A stretch of 64,000 nucleotides of DNA from Clostridia bacterium (lineage in GTDB: Bacteria > Bacillota > Clostridia > Christensenellales > CAG-314), in contig JAVVRZ010000003.1 in the NCBI GenBank assembly GCA_036654455.1, positions 108,357 through 172,356 of the forward strand, in the 5' to 3' direction. The notes beneath the pieces are model-generated. The model was not told the origin of the DNA and did no database searches. It was given only the letters and a program-made list of their open reading frames with translations. Of the stretch, positions 1-10,036 are shown one piece after another (position 1 is the stretch's first letter; each line of letters starts with the position of its first letter). Both the position numbers and the translations under genes were made by a program.

Positions 1-810
1 GTTGATGCCCTCTTGCGTAGGTAAACCTACCTCGTACGCCGTAATATTGCCTTTATATTTTTGTAAATTTAGTTTCAAAATGTTTTCAAGCACCATAGGT
101 TGAAGCCCTGTCGTATAGGAATTAATCAAAACAAATAGAGGCTTGTCGCTTAAAACTTGACAACACAAATTGACAAAGTCATATAAATTGTCTTCAAGCT
201 TCCATATTTCGCCATTTGCGCCCCTGCCGTAGCTAGGCGGGTCCATAATAATAGCGTCGTATTTAACTCCTCTATTTATTTCTCGTTTAACAAATTTTGC
301 GCAATCATCTACAATATATCTTATAGGCATATTGGATAATTTATTGAGCGCAACATTCTCTTTTGCACGTTCAACCATATTTTTTGCGCTATCTACGTGG
401 CAAACGTTAGCTCCTGCGTAACTACACGCAACTGTCGCTGCGCCCGTATAGGCAAACAAATTAAGCACGTTGATTTTACGGTTGGCATTTTTGATTAAGT
501 CAATCATAATTTGCCAATTTACAGCTTGTTCGGGGAACAATCCGGTATGTTTAAAGCCCATAGGTTTAACTATAAATTTTAAATTTTTCCACCCTACCGT
601 CCATTTATCAGGCATAGGTTTAAGATATTCCCATTCGCCTCCGCCGGTTGAACTTCGGTGGTATATTGCGTGCGGACTTATCGAAACACCGCAATTCTTC
701 CAAATAACTTGTGGGTCGGGGCGTGACAAAATAATGTCGCCCCATTTTTCAACTTTTTGCCCTTCGCCGGTTGTAAGCACTAAATAATCTTTCCAATCTT
801 GCGCTATCAC
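1..810 (-). CDS. Class I SAM-dependent RNA methyltransferase (RlmI/YwbD-like), C-terminus cut by the window edge
   Basis: Own minus-strand translation. GTG at 810 overlaps the ileS stop (GTGA). Product reads (M)IAQDWKDYLVLTTGEGQKVEKWGDIILSRPDPQVIW...KINVLNLFAYTGAATVACS...KYDAIIMDPPSYGRGANGEIW...PTQEGIN. Has SAM-binding motif I and the DPPxxG motif. Absent from the ORF track because it runs off the edge. Confidence 0.8.
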   Translation of the reverse strand, partial: MIAQDWKDYLVLTTGEGQKVEKWGDIILSRPDPQVIWKNCGVSISPHAIYHRSSTGGGEWEYLKPMPDKWTVGWKNLKFIVKPMGFKHTGLFPEQAVNWQIMIDLIKNANRKINVLNLFAYTGAATVACSYAGANVCHVDSAKNMVERAKENVALNKLSNMPIRYIVDDCAKFVKREINRGVKYDAIIMDPPSYGRGANGEIWKLEDNLYDFVNLCCQVLSDKPLFVLINSYTTGLQPMVLENILKLNLQKYKGNITAYEVGLPTQEGIN

Positions 811-3800
811 TTTATCACCACTAAGGATACTTTAACGTTGTGTCCGTTGATATCCAATTCTTTAATTTGTCCGTCGTTTATGCCAATAGCGTCGGCAAGC
901 GTTTCCTTTTTAAGAATTTCGGCCTTTGCGTTTGCAATTTCGACCACTTCTTTGTCGCCCGAAAGGCTGATGCCAATATGGTCGGTTACTACAAAACCGC
1001 ATTCTTTGCGCATAGTTTGTATTTTTGAAATAAGTTCTCTTAGCAGTCCTTCTTCGACAAGCTCTTTACTTAGCGTCGTATCAAGAGCGACGGTAATATC
1101 TCTAATATTTGCAGTTGCGTAACCGACTTTACTAAGAGTTGTAATAAGTAGGTCGTCGGCGGTAAACTCAACTTGCTGTCCTTGAAGGGTTACGACATAG
1201 GTCTTACCGCTTCTTACCGTATCAACAACATCTATTGCGTTACAAGTGGTTAAAAATTGTCTAATACTACCTAGAAGTTTGCCATATTTTGGTCCAAGCG
1301 TCTTTAATTGCGGTTTAAGCTCGTAAGAAATAAATTGTTCGCCCCCTTCGGCTGTCAAAATTTCTTTAACGTTAAGTTCTTCGCTAATAATGTCTTGCAA
1401 AAATTTGTCTATTTTATAGTCGCTTACAATATACATTTTGCTTAAAGGTTGACGATTCTTTATATTGCTTGCGTTTCTACAATTTCGCCCGAGAGCTACT
1501 ATATCTCTAACAATATCCATACCTTTTTCAAGAGATTTATCAATATATTTTTCTTCTACTGCGGGAAAGTCGCATAGATGCACTGATTTAGGCGCATCGG
1601 CAAAAAATTCGGGTACTAGATTTAAGTACATTTCTTCGGTAATAAAGGGTACAAATGGCGCTGAAACCTTGCACAGCGTTACAAGAACTTTATGCAAAAC
1701 TACGTAAGCCGACTGTTTATCCTCTGTCCAACTACTGCCCCAGTATCTTTCTCTACAACGACGAACATACCAGTTAGATAGCAAATCGCTAAATTCCTCA
1801 ATCGCCCTTGCCGAGTCGGTTATTTGATAATGTTCGAGTCCTTCGTCAACAACTCTAACTAGCGAATTAACTTTGCTAAGTATCCACTTGTCCATTGCTG
1901 AAAGTTTACAATTTTCTATATTATATTTGCTAGGATTAAATTTATCTATATCGGCATACAAAACAAAGAAAGCGTAAGTGTTCCAAAATGTGCCTAAAAA
2001 TTTTCTTTGCGCTTCGCTTACCGCTTCGTCATAGAAGCGACTAGGCAAATAGGGTTGCGAAGCCGTATAGAAATACCACCTTACGGCGTCTGTGCCTTGT
2101 TTTTCTAGCGGTACCCAAGGGTCGACAACGTTGCCCTTGTGTTTGCTCATTTTTACGCCGTCTTTGTCGCCAACAAGCCCAAGTACGACGCAATTTTTAA
2201 AACTAGCCTTGCCGAACAATAAAGTCGATACGGCAAGTAGAGTATAAAACCACCCTCTTGTCTGGTCGATTGCCTCGCTTATGAAGTCGGCTGGAAAGTT
2301 CTTTTCAAAAAGTTCGACATTTTCGAAGGGATAATGGAACTGCGCATAAGGCATAGAACCGCTGTCAAACCAACAGTCCGCAACTTCGGGCGTTCTTACA
2401 TAATTTCCGCCACAATCGCATTTCCAAGTAACTTTATCTATATAGGGACGGTGAAGTTCGACTTGTCCGCAGTGTGACAATTCGTCAAGCTCTTTCCTAC
2501 TGCCAACAATATGAGTTTTACCGCATTTGTCGCATACCCAAATAGGCAACGGCGTACCCCAATATCTTTCCCTACTTACGCCCCAGTCTATAACGTTTTC
2601 AAGGAAGTTGCCCATTCTGCCTTCTTTTATGCTCTCGGGTAACCAATTAACCGAGTTGTTACTCTCAATAAGTTGCTTTTTAATATCGGTAACTTTGATA
2701 AACCAACTTTTGCGAGCGTAATAGATTAGCGGAGTATCGCAACGCCAGCAAAAAGGATAGCTGTGTTTGTATAGTAATTCTTTGTGGAGCAGTCCACGCT
2801 TACGTAAATCTGCAATTATAAGTTTGTCGGCGTCTTTGCAAAATATGTCGGCAAGACCAGTAGCTTCTTTAACAAATTTACCCCTTGTATCCACCATTTG
2901 TACTAGCGGAAGGTCATATTTCTTGCCCACTCGGGAGTCTTCTTCGCCAAAAGCCGGCGCAATATGCACAATACCCGTGCCGTCGGTAAGCGTTACATAA
3001 CCGTCGCAAACAATGCGGTAAGCATTGACTTCTTTTTGATAAGCAAAAAGAGGAATATACTTCTTACCTTCAAGCTCTTTGCCTCGTTGTTCTTTGACAA
3101 TTTCGCAATTTTCAAAGAAGTTTATAACTAAATCTCTTGCAAGAATGTAGTATTTATCGTCTTGCTTAATTGTTACGTATATCTCGTCGGGATTGACGCA
3201 TAACGCAACGTTACTAGGCAAAGTCCAAGGAGTTGTAGTCCAAGCAAGGTAATAGGTGTTAGGTTGGTCAACGCTTAGAAACCTTGCAACTACCGAAGTT
3301 TCTTCAACGTCCTTGTAACCCTGCGCAACTTCGTGAGAAGATAGCGCCGTACCGCAACGAGGACAATAAGGCACAATTTTATGCCCCTTGTAAAGTAGTC
3401 CTTTTTTGTCAATTTCTTTAAAAGCCCACCACTCCGACTCAATATAGTTGTTGTCGTAAGTAATATAAGGATTTTTCATATCCGCCCAGTAGGCGACCCG
3501 TTGAGATAAATTTTCCCACTCGCCCTTATATTTCCATACGCTTTCTTTACATTTTTTTATAAAAGGCTCGATGCCAAATTTTTCAATATCTTGTTTGCCG
3601 TCAAGACCTAATTGTTTTTCAACTTCAAGCTCAACGGGCAGACCGTGTGTGTCCCAACCGGCTTTTCTTAGCACCGAGTAGCCTTTCATAACTCTATAAC
3701 GAGGTATTAAGTCTTTAATAACCCTAGTCAAGACGTGACCTATGTGAGGCTTACCGTTAGCCGTTGGCGGTCCGTCGTAGAAGGCAAAACTCTTTTGCCC

Positions 3801-3908
3801 TGCGTTTCTTGCAAAAGATTGCTCGACAATGTTATTATCTTGCCAATATTTAAGCGTTTCCTTTTCCCTTTCTACAAAGTTAAGCGAACTATCAACTTTT
3901 TTGTACAT
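807..3908 (-). CDS. ileS: Isoleucine--tRNA ligase (long, type-2-like form)
   Basis: 1033-aa ORF with HIGH motif (KPHIGHV), KMSKS motif (KMSKHKGN) and CP1 editing-domain length. RBS AAAGGAGAAAAAAG precedes the ATG at 3908. A T-box leader lies upstream. Confidence 0.95.
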   Translation of the reverse strand: MYKKVDSSLNFVEREKETLKYWQDNNIVEQSFARNAGQKSFAFYDGPPTANGKPHIGHVLTRVIKDLIPRYRVMKGYSVLRKAGWDTHGLPVELEVEKQLGLDGKQDIEKFGIEPFIKKCKESVWKYKGEWENLSQRVAYWADMKNPYITYDNNYIESEWWAFKEIDKKGLLYKGHKIVPYCPRCGTALSSHEVAQGYKDVEETSVVARFLSVDQPNTYYLAWTTTPWTLPSNVALCVNPDEIYVTIKQDDKYYILARDLVINFFENCEIVKEQRGKELEGKKYIPLFAYQKEVNAYRIVCDGYVTLTDGTGIVHIAPAFGEEDSRVGKKYDLPLVQMVDTRGKFVKEATGLADIFCKDADKLIIADLRKRGLLHKELLYKHSYPFCWRCDTPLIYYARKSWFIKVTDIKKQLIESNNSVNWLPESIKEGRMGNFLENVIDWGVSRERYWGTPLPIWVCDKCGKTHIVGSRKELDELSHCGQVELHRPYIDKVTWKCDCGGNYVRTPEVADCWFDSGSMPYAQFHYPFENVELFEKNFPADFISEAIDQTRGWFYTLLAVSTLLFGKASFKNCVVLGLVGDKDGVKMSKHKGNVVDPWVPLEKQGTDAVRWYFYTASQPYLPSRFYDEAVSEAQRKFLGTFWNTYAFFVLYADIDKFNPSKYNIENCKLSAMDKWILSKVNSLVRVVDEGLEHYQITDSARAIEEFSDLLSNWYVRRCRERYWGSSWTEDKQSAYVVLHKVLVTLCKVSAPFVPFITEEMYLNLVPEFFADAPKSVHLCDFPAVEEKYIDKSLEKGMDIVRDIVALGRNCRNASNIKNRQPLSKMYIVSDYKIDKFLQDIISEELNVKEILTAEGGEQFISYELKPQLKTLGPKYGKLLGSIRQFLTTCNAIDVVDTVRSGKTYVVTLQGQQVEFTADDLLITTLSKVGYATANIRDITVALDTTLSKELVEEGLLRELISKIQTMRKECGFVVTDHIGISLSGDKEVVEIANAKAEILKKETLADAIGINDGQIKELDINGHNVKVSLVVIK

Positions 3909-4050
3909 CTTTTTTCTCCTTTAAAAGATTACTAATGCCGTATATTTCTTTTATTGATTAATTATTAATTTATTGTTATGAGGTTGTTTTGTTATAACTA
4001 GCTAAATCTATTTTGGTATAAATTAGTCGGTTTAAGACATTTTTTACAAC

Positions 4051-4300
4051 AAAAAAACTCTGTTGGTTAGAAAAACTTGACACAACAAAGTTACCATTTC
4101 AAACCGTACAAATTTACATTTATACCGCCCACTTATAACGGGGTAGCAACCGTATTAGCTTACTACAACGCTTTTAAAGCTGTTGTTTGGGCTAATCTGC
4201 TGGTTAGGCGATAGCTTGTAAGGTCGCTTAGTCGGTATTTCACCACGCTTACCGCTCTCTAATACTAAGATACCAAATAGTCTTGTCCTAACTCTTGACG
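4051..4300 (-). promoter_or_regulatory. T-box leader (Ile specifier) with intrinsic terminator, upstream of ileS
   Basis: The minus strand reads AGAGAG...GGTGAAA (stem I AG-bulge and distal-loop motifs). A candidate specifier ATC+G follows at 4212-4210, then T-box-like AATACGGTTGCTACCCCG / AAGTGGGCGGTA. The terminator is CTTTGTTG-N17-CAACAGAG + TTTTTTT (4051-4090). Confidence 0.7.
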
Positions 4301-4505
4301 CATTTAAAAATATTATTTTAATTTTAATCAATTTTTGATAATTTGTAAAGCGAATAGACCTTAAAAATTGTATTTGTTTTACTTTTAAAAAGATTTGTAA
4401 GCATTACAACTGTTTATATGTATTAATTTTTAATATAAATATTTAATTTTCTACAAATATCTTATTTAATTTATCTAATTTTCATCTTATGTTTAAATAA
4501 AACTC

Positions 4506-4534
4506 TTGCGTTTATATAATTTATACTATATAAT
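4506..4534 (+). promoter_or_regulatory. Sigma-A-type promoter of the SRP RNA
   Basis: TTGCGT (4506-4511), 17-nt spacer, TATAAT (4529-4534), about 6 nt before the RNA 5' end. Confidence 0.5.
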
Positions 4535-4540
4535 ATCACT

Positions 4541-4808
4541 ACTGTGCTAGGCGGGGAGCTAGTGGTGCCCTGTCACTCGCAATCCACTACAGCGAGGCCG
4601 AATGTCTTTGGACGGCTACAATGTGGGAAGTGTGGATTAAGCAAGGGGTGTTGATAACAAGGTCTTGTACAACAGGACGCTGTGAAATATGTCAGGACGG
4701 AAGTAGCAGCATTAAGCAGATTGTTTTGTGTGTTATAAGGAAACTTTGGAGTAATTACCTACTTAAATACCTGTTCGGCGTTGTCTAGTCAACCTAGATT
4801 GCACAGTA
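4541..4808 (+). ncRNA. ffs: Signal recognition particle RNA, large Bacillus-type with Alu domain
   Basis: GCTAGGCGGGGAGCTAGTGGTGCCCTGT...CGCAATCCACTACAGCGAGGCCGAA (Alu domain). GTCAGGACGGAAGTAGCAGCATTAAG is the conserved helix-8 GGAA/AGCAGC motif and is near identical to B. subtilis scRNA. The 5' ACTGTGC pairs with the 3' GCACAGT. A T8 run follows. Confidence 0.9.
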
Positions 4809-4925
4809 TTTTTTTTACGCTTTTTTAATTAAATTATATAAATTTCTATATAAATAAGCTGTGTTTACTTTAACAATAATCTTTATGCCTATACGCAAAT
4901 CAGGCAAATTGACTTTTTAGTGATA

Positions 4926-4954
4926 TTGACTAATTAAATAATTTGTGCTATACT
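4926..4954 (+). promoter_or_regulatory. Promoter of the aldehyde dehydrogenase gene
   Basis: TTGACT (4926-4931), 17-nt spacer, TGcTATACT extended -10 (4946-4954). Confidence 0.5.
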
Positions 4955-5000
4955 CAAAAATATTAAATATGCAAATTTATTCGTCTTGGAGGAAAAATAT

Positions 5001-6374
5001 ATGGATTATCAATCAGTAATTGCTAAACAAGCAGAGTTTTTCGCCTCAGGAGCAACTAAGAGTCTAGCGTTTAGACGTTCGTCTTTAATAAAGCTACGTG
5101 ACCAGATTATATTAATGGAAGACAAAATTAAGTCTGCAATATATGCCGACTTATCCAAAGGTAGCAAAGACTGCTATATGACAGAAATGGGACTTGTGCT
5201 TGGCGAAATACGCTATATGCTCAAACATCTTAACAAATTAGCTCGCATTAAACGTGTTCCTACGCCACTAGCGCAATTTCCTGCAAAAAGTTATATTTAT
5301 CCCCAACCTTATGGACAAGTTCTAATTATGAGTCCTTGGAACTACCCCTTTATGCTTACAATCGAACCGCTTGTGTCGGTAATTGCAAGCGGAAACACCG
5401 CAGTAATTAAGCCGAGCAATTATTCGGCAAATACTAGCGCATTGATTAAAGAATTGATAGAATCGATTTTTCCACCCGAATTTGTTGCGGTGACTACGGG
5501 CGGTAGAGAGGTAAATTCGGCGCTACTCGAACAAAAATGGGACTATATTTTCTTTACCGGCAGTAAATCCGTTGGCAAACTTGTAATGGAAAAAGCAAGC
5601 GTAAATTTAACCCCAGTAACGCTTGAACTTGGCGGAAAAAGTCCTTGCATAGTTGATAAAACGGCTAATATTGAGTTGACGGCAAGAAGAATAAGCTGGG
5701 GCAAATTTATTAATGCTGGTCAAACTTGCGTTGCGCCCGACTATATCTTAGTAGACAAGACAATTAAAGATAAGTTTATTGAACGCTGTAAATATTATAT
5801 CGAACTTTTCTATGGTCAAAAGCCGATTGATAACCCTAACTTATGCAAAATTATTAACGATAAACATTATGAACGTTTGATTGGTCTAATAAATCCCCAA
5901 AAAGTAGTCTACGGCGGTTATGGCGAACCGACAAAACGTAAAATATGTCCCACTATAATGGACAATGTTTCTATTCAAGACGCAGTTATGCAGGAAGAAA
6001 TTTTTGGCCCGATTATGCCGATTATTCCATTTGATAATATTGAAGAAATTTACAAAATAATAGAACAAAACACTCACCCGCTTGCGTTATATTTGTTCTC
6101 TTGCGATAAAAATACTCAAAAGCAAGTCCTTTCAAGGGTAGCGTTTGGCGGTGGCTGTATCAACGACACCATAGTTCACCTCTCAACCGACCACCTCGCC
6201 TTCGGCGGAGTTGGGCAAAGCGGTATGGGAAGTTATCACGGCAAAGCGGGTTTTGACTTGTTTACCCACTACAAGAGCATACTTAACAAGAAAAATTACC
6301 TAGATATTACTATTCGTTATCCAAATAAAGACAGTATGACAAAGGGCGAAAAGATAATTAAAAAATTACTTTAA
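5001..6374 (+). CDS. NAD(P)-dependent aldehyde dehydrogenase (class-3 / YwdH-like)
   Basis: ELGGKSP and GQTCVAPDY catalytic motifs in a 457-aa product. ATG 5001 sits 8 nt after GGAGG, so it is preferred over the ORF-track TTG at 4986. Confidence 0.9.
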   Translation: MDYQSVIAKQAEFFASGATKSLAFRRSSLIKLRDQIILMEDKIKSAIYADLSKGSKDCYMTEMGLVLGEIRYMLKHLNKLARIKRVPTPLAQFPAKSYIYPQPYGQVLIMSPWNYPFMLTIEPLVSVIASGNTAVIKPSNYSANTSALIKELIESIFPPEFVAVTTGGREVNSALLEQKWDYIFFTGSKSVGKLVMEKASVNLTPVTLELGGKSPCIVDKTANIELTARRISWGKFINAGQTCVAPDYILVDKTIKDKFIERCKYYIELFYGQKPIDNPNLCKIINDKHYERLIGLINPQKVVYGGYGEPTKRKICPTIMDNVSIQDAVMQEEIFGPIMPIIPFDNIEEIYKIIEQNTHPLALYLFSCDKNTQKQVLSRVAFGGGCINDTIVHLSTDHLAFGGVGQSGMGSYHGKAGFDLFTHYKSILNKKNYLDITIRYPNKDSMTKGEKIIKKLL

Positions 6375-6430
6375 TATTTTTTAAGTAATTTTAACTAAGT
6401 AAAATTAAGTAAGCGTTTGTATAAATTAAA

Positions 6431-6462
6431 ATAAAGACTTGTAACTAAGTCTTTATTTTTTT
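6431..6462 (+). terminator. Rho-independent terminator after the aldehyde dehydrogenase
   Basis: ATAAAGACTT-GTAACT-AAGTCTTTAT followed by a T-run. Confidence 0.7.
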
Positions 6463-6538
6463 GTAAAAATTTAATATTTTTTTGTAAAATTAGGTTAATT
6501 TACCAACGCATAGAACTTAACTAATTTAGTCAAATTAT

Positions 6539-7486
6539 CTAATTTTTAGCGTCGTTTCTTGAAATGACCTTAAAGCTATAATTTCTCAAAGCGTCAATCA
6601 TAATGGCTTTAAGTTTATAGGCAAGTTGCTCTGGAAAAACGTTGCTAATATTACTTGTAAAACTAACTAATTTTGACAGTAATAAATCGTCAAAGGGTAA
6701 TTTTGCGCTTGCCGTATAGCCCTTGTCTGTGCTTGTTACCGCCTCAATTCCTAGCCACTCTTCAACCTTAGTCTTAATAATAGCCTTAAAATCAAATGAA
6801 AACTCTATATCCGGCTCGATAGTAGGAGTATGCAACTGGCTTGCCTTAGAAATATCATATTCGATTGGTTTAAATTCGAGATTACTAATAGTCAATTCGG
6901 CGATGCGGGTAATCTTAAAAAATCTAAAATCTTGCCTAAGAAGACAAAAAGCATAAATGTACCACAAACCGCCTTTAAGAAGTAGGCAACAAGGCAAAAT
7001 ATCCCGTGTAGAAGTTTGCCCGACATTGTCGTGATAAACTATTGAACAAATTCTTCTTCTTATCACAGCGTCGGTTAAAGTGGCAAGCTTGTACTGCATT
7101 TGAGGACTTTGCGGTGTATCTACTACAAGTTGAGCGCTACCTAAAACATAACTAGAAACGTTTAACGACTCGGCAAGCGCATCGACTTTGTCTAGTACGG
7201 TTGTAGTTATATTGTCTTGAACGTCAAATGTGGTTATGGCTTGTTTAAGCCTGGCAAATTCTTGACTTGTAAAATAAGTATTGCTTAATTTATAGCTGGG
7301 TAGTATGCCTATCCCGCCGTGCTTGCCTTTGTTGCTAAATATGGGAACGCCCGCTTCGCACAAAGTATCTACATAACGATAAACGCTTCGAGTAGATATT
7401 TCATATTTTTGACCAAGTTGACTAGCTGTGACAAATTTTTTGTTAAGTAGCGTAAGTACAATTCCCACTAAAATACTGTTTTGCAT
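6539..7486 (-). CDS. YafY-family transcriptional regulator (N-terminal HTH + WYL domain)
   Basis: N-terminus LLNKKFVTASQLGQKYEISTRSVYRYVDTLCEAGVPIFSNKGKHGGIGIL is typical of HTH_11/DeoR-like WYL regulators. LWYIYAFC is the WYL-type segment. Confidence 0.8.
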   Translation of the reverse strand: MQNSILVGIVLTLLNKKFVTASQLGQKYEISTRSVYRYVDTLCEAGVPIFSNKGKHGGIGILPSYKLSNTYFTSQEFARLKQAITTFDVQDNITTTVLDKVDALAESLNVSSYVLGSAQLVVDTPQSPQMQYKLATLTDAVIRRRICSIVYHDNVGQTSTRDILPCCLLLKGGLWYIYAFCLLRQDFRFFKITRIAELTISNLEFKPIEYDISKASQLHTPTIEPDIEFSFDFKAIIKTKVEEWLGIEAVTSTDKGYTASAKLPFDDLLLSKLVSFTSNISNVFPEQLAYKLKAIMIDALRNYSFKVISRNDAKN

Positions 7487-7527
7487 ATTTACCCCTTACT
7501 ATTTAAAAAATTAAAATTATAAAATGT

Positions 7528-7551
7528 AATATGACATACAGTTGTCATATT
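7528..7551. promoter_or_regulatory. Perfect 9-bp inverted repeat (candidate operator) in the divergent intergenic region
   Basis: AATATGACA-tacagt-TGTCATATT lies between the WYL regulator start (7486) and ORF 7663. Confidence 0.45.
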
Positions 7552-7662
7552 AGCGATGTTATAATACAACTATAAAAGATAAAAGTCAATAGATATTTGC
7601 AAAAAATACATAGCTACATAGGCAAACGCATAAGATAAAACACTGTTAGGGAGAGAAAAATT

Positions 7663-8016
7663 ATGAACTATGATTTGGATAAAATTGAAAAGAAACTAAA
7701 TTCTAATATAATACCTGCAAGTTTGGCTAACTTTGATATAAATAAATATTTAAACGAACAAACTGAAAGGGCTAAACGTTTGCAAGAAAAAAGCCTAAGT
7801 TTAATTATTCTAAGACCTTTTTTCGACTCCAAAATTTGTCAAAAATTAAACCCGAATTCGTCAAACAACCAAACCGAGTATTTTCAAAATTCTCAAACCG
7901 CAAATAGCGTATTTTTAAGTCGCAAAAGCGATTTAACTAGTAGACAAAATTTTGTGTCAATAAAAAGAACAAATCTCATTGAAGAAATTTGTTCGTCTTG
8001 TAGTTTAGCAAAATAA
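7663..8016 (+). CDS. Hypothetical protein (117 aa), no recognisable domain
   Basis: ATG is preceded by GGGAGAG at good spacing. Divergent from the WYL regulator. Hydrophilic, N/S/Q-rich sequence. Confidence 0.45.
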   Translation: MNYDLDKIEKKLNSNIIPASLANFDINKYLNEQTERAKRLQEKSLSLIILRPFFDSKICQKLNPNSSNNQTEYFQNSQTANSVFLSRKSDLTSRQNFVSIKRTNLIEEICSSCSLAK

Positions 8017-8102
8017 CATTTTTAAACCATATTTATTTTAAATAACTTTTTTCTAAAAATATTCGAGGTAAAATTTTTCAATATAATCTACATAAAAATA
8101 AT

Positions 8103-9134
8103 TTATTTTAACAGATATTCGGCTATTTCAACAGTCGAATCAAAGCATATTCTCTTAGAAGCCGAACGCAAAACCGAATAGTTTTTTTCAATTCTAGTTA
8201 GGTAACTTTCAAGCGAAATTGGGTTGATATTTTCTTCGTTAAGCCTGAAACCGCAACCTGCCTTTACAAAATAGTCGGTATTAGCCTCTTGTTCACGCCT
8301 GCTTGCCTTGATAAGCGGGACTGATATAAATGGTATGCCTAGACACGCAAGCTCTGCAAGAGCGCTTGCCCCGCCCCTAGTGATAGCTATTCGGGCGCAC
8401 TTATAGACTTCGGCTATGTTATCGCAATACTCTACAAATCTTATATGAGGTTGATTGATATAGTTATTTTTTCCCTTACCGCATATTACAAAACAATCGT
8501 AACTACGAGTTAAAACATCGCTACATTCAATAATTTTTTTATTTAAACTATTTGCTCCAAGACTACCGCCTAACACAAGAAGTATAGGTCTTTGACCGTT
8601 AAAGCCCGTTTCCATAATGCCACTTAGCCTTTCGCCTAAATAAATACTTTGCCTTATTATTGCTCCGCTTTTTATAACATTACATTTTCTCTTAGGTAAT
8701 TTAATATTGTACGCCGTAAAAAAAGTACTGTATTTGTTAAGCGCAAGTTTGTGCGCAAGTCCTACGCTACTGTCGCTTTCGTGACCGATACACCTTATTT
8801 TTAACTTATTTGCCATAAGAACAACGGGTAGCCCCACATAACCGCCCTTGCTAAACACTTTGTCGGGTTTGATTTCTTGCAATATTTTTTTAACTTGACG
8901 CATAGCCTTTACAAATTTAAAAGGCAAAGCTAGGTTGGATAAAGCAAATTCTCTTTTAAATTTTGGCGGATTATAGCAATAAAATTTGACAAATTTAAAT
9001 TTTTCAATTAGCCGTTGCTCTATGCCCGAACTGCCTATATAAAAAAGTTCGCATTTATCTTTAAGTTGTTCTATTAGAGCAATATTTGGGATAACGTGTC
9101 CTCCGCTACCACCGCCAGTTAATACTATACGCAT
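8103..9134 (-). CDS. murG: MurG-type UDP-GlcNAc:lipid I N-acetylglucosaminyltransferase (GT28)
   Basis: N-terminal MRIVLTGGGSGGHVIPNIAL glycine loop, C-terminal GT-B signature (ITRGGASALAELACLGIPFISVPL). RBS GAGGT. Confidence 0.85.
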   Translation of the reverse strand: MRIVLTGGGSGGHVIPNIALIEQLKDKCELFYIGSSGIEQRLIEKFKFVKFYCYNPPKFKREFALSNLALPFKFVKAMRQVKKILQEIKPDKVFSKGGYVGLPVVLMANKLKIRCIGHESDSSVGLAHKLALNKYSTFFTAYNIKLPKRKCNVIKSGAIIRQSIYLGERLSGIMETGFNGQRPILLVLGGSLGANSLNKKIIECSDVLTRSYDCFVICGKGKNNYINQPHIRFVEYCDNIAEVYKCARIAITRGGASALAELACLGIPFISVPLIKASRREQEANTDYFVKAGCGFRLNEENINPISLESYLTRIEKNYSVLRSASKRICFDSTVEIAEYLLK

Positions 9135-9337
9135 ATTCTACCTCGCTTACGGTTAATAAATATTTAAATTCTATAATTTAATTAATTTGCATAATTTATG
9201 TCTATTGCATAAACCAAAAAATTAAGTGCGTTTACAGCTTAGGGTTAAAATAGACAAGTTTGCACATTATTGACCTACAAATTTATCTCTTATGGTTAAA
9301 CCTAAACAAAAATATGACCTTTTGAGCCACATAAAAA

Positions 9338-10036
9338 CTAGACAAGTTTAACGATTTCTTTTTTTAGCCTAACTATAATCTTTTTTTCTAGCCTAGATAT
9401 GTACGATTGAGAAATGCCAAGTAAGTCGGCAACTTCTTTTTGAGTTTTTTCTTCCTGACCAAATAAACCAAAGCGAAGCAAGACTATTTGTTGTTCTCTT
9501 GCGCCCAACTTTTTTATGCTAGAAAAGAGTAGCTGTTTCTCGACAGATTCTTCAATATCCTTAAAGACGGTGTCGCTATCTGTGCCTAAAATGTCGCAAA
9601 GTAACAGTTCGTTACCTTCGCCGTCAACGTTGAGCGGTTCATCGAGAGATACTTCAAGCTTGCGACGCACTACTTTGCGTAAATACATTAAAATTTCATT
9701 TTCAATACAACGTGAAGCGTAGGTTGCTAGTTTAATTTTTTTATCCATTTCAAAAGAATTTACAGCTTTAATAAGTCCTATTGTGCCAACCGAAACAAGG
9801 TCTTCTAGCTCTAAGCCGGTATTCTCAAATTTTTTGGCAAGGTAAACCACAAGTCTAAGGTTGTGTTCGATTAATTTGTCACGAGCAGTCGTGTCGCTAG
9901 CAACTACAAGTAGCAAGCTAGCTTCTTCTTCGGGCGACAACGGCTTAGGTAACGCCTCAGTACCGCAAATATAATTTACTAAATTATCAAGCTCGGCAAT
10001 ATGTAGGACTTTGCGTAAAAGTTCAAGTAGTTTCAT
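9338..10036 (-). CDS. sigE: Sporulation sigma factor SigE (pro-sigma-E)
   Basis: The pro-sequence and region 1.2 read [17 protein letters not shown] (compare YIGGSEALPPPLS in B. subtilis). Sigma-70 regions 2-4 are present. The gene sits immediately downstream of, and overlaps, spoIIGA. RBS GGAGG. Confidence 0.9.
   Translation of the reverse strand: MKLLELLRKVLHIAELDNLVNYICGTEALPKPLSPEEEASLLLVVASDTTARDKLIEHNLRLVVYLAKKFENTGLELEDLVSVGTIGLIKAVNSFEMDKKIKLATYASRCIENEILMYLRKVVRRKLEVSLDEPLNVDGEGNELLLCDILGTDSDTVFKDIEESVEKQLLFSSIKKLGAREQQIVLLRFGLFGQEEKTQKEVADLLGISQSYISRLEKKIIVRLKKEIVKLV

Noticed and set aside
470-3935. Plus-strand ORFs 470-787, 799-1122, 840-1028, 1465-1707, 2527-2721, 2767-3000 and 3735-3935
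   Set aside because: All lie antisense to the methyltransferase or ileS coding frames. They have low-complexity S/L/F/I-rich translations and no RBS. They are shadow ORFs typical of AT-rich genomes.
4620-4640. TGTGGATTA (DnaA-box-like) at ~4631
   Set aside because: It lies inside the SRP RNA Alu-domain sequence. This is a coincidental 8/9 match.
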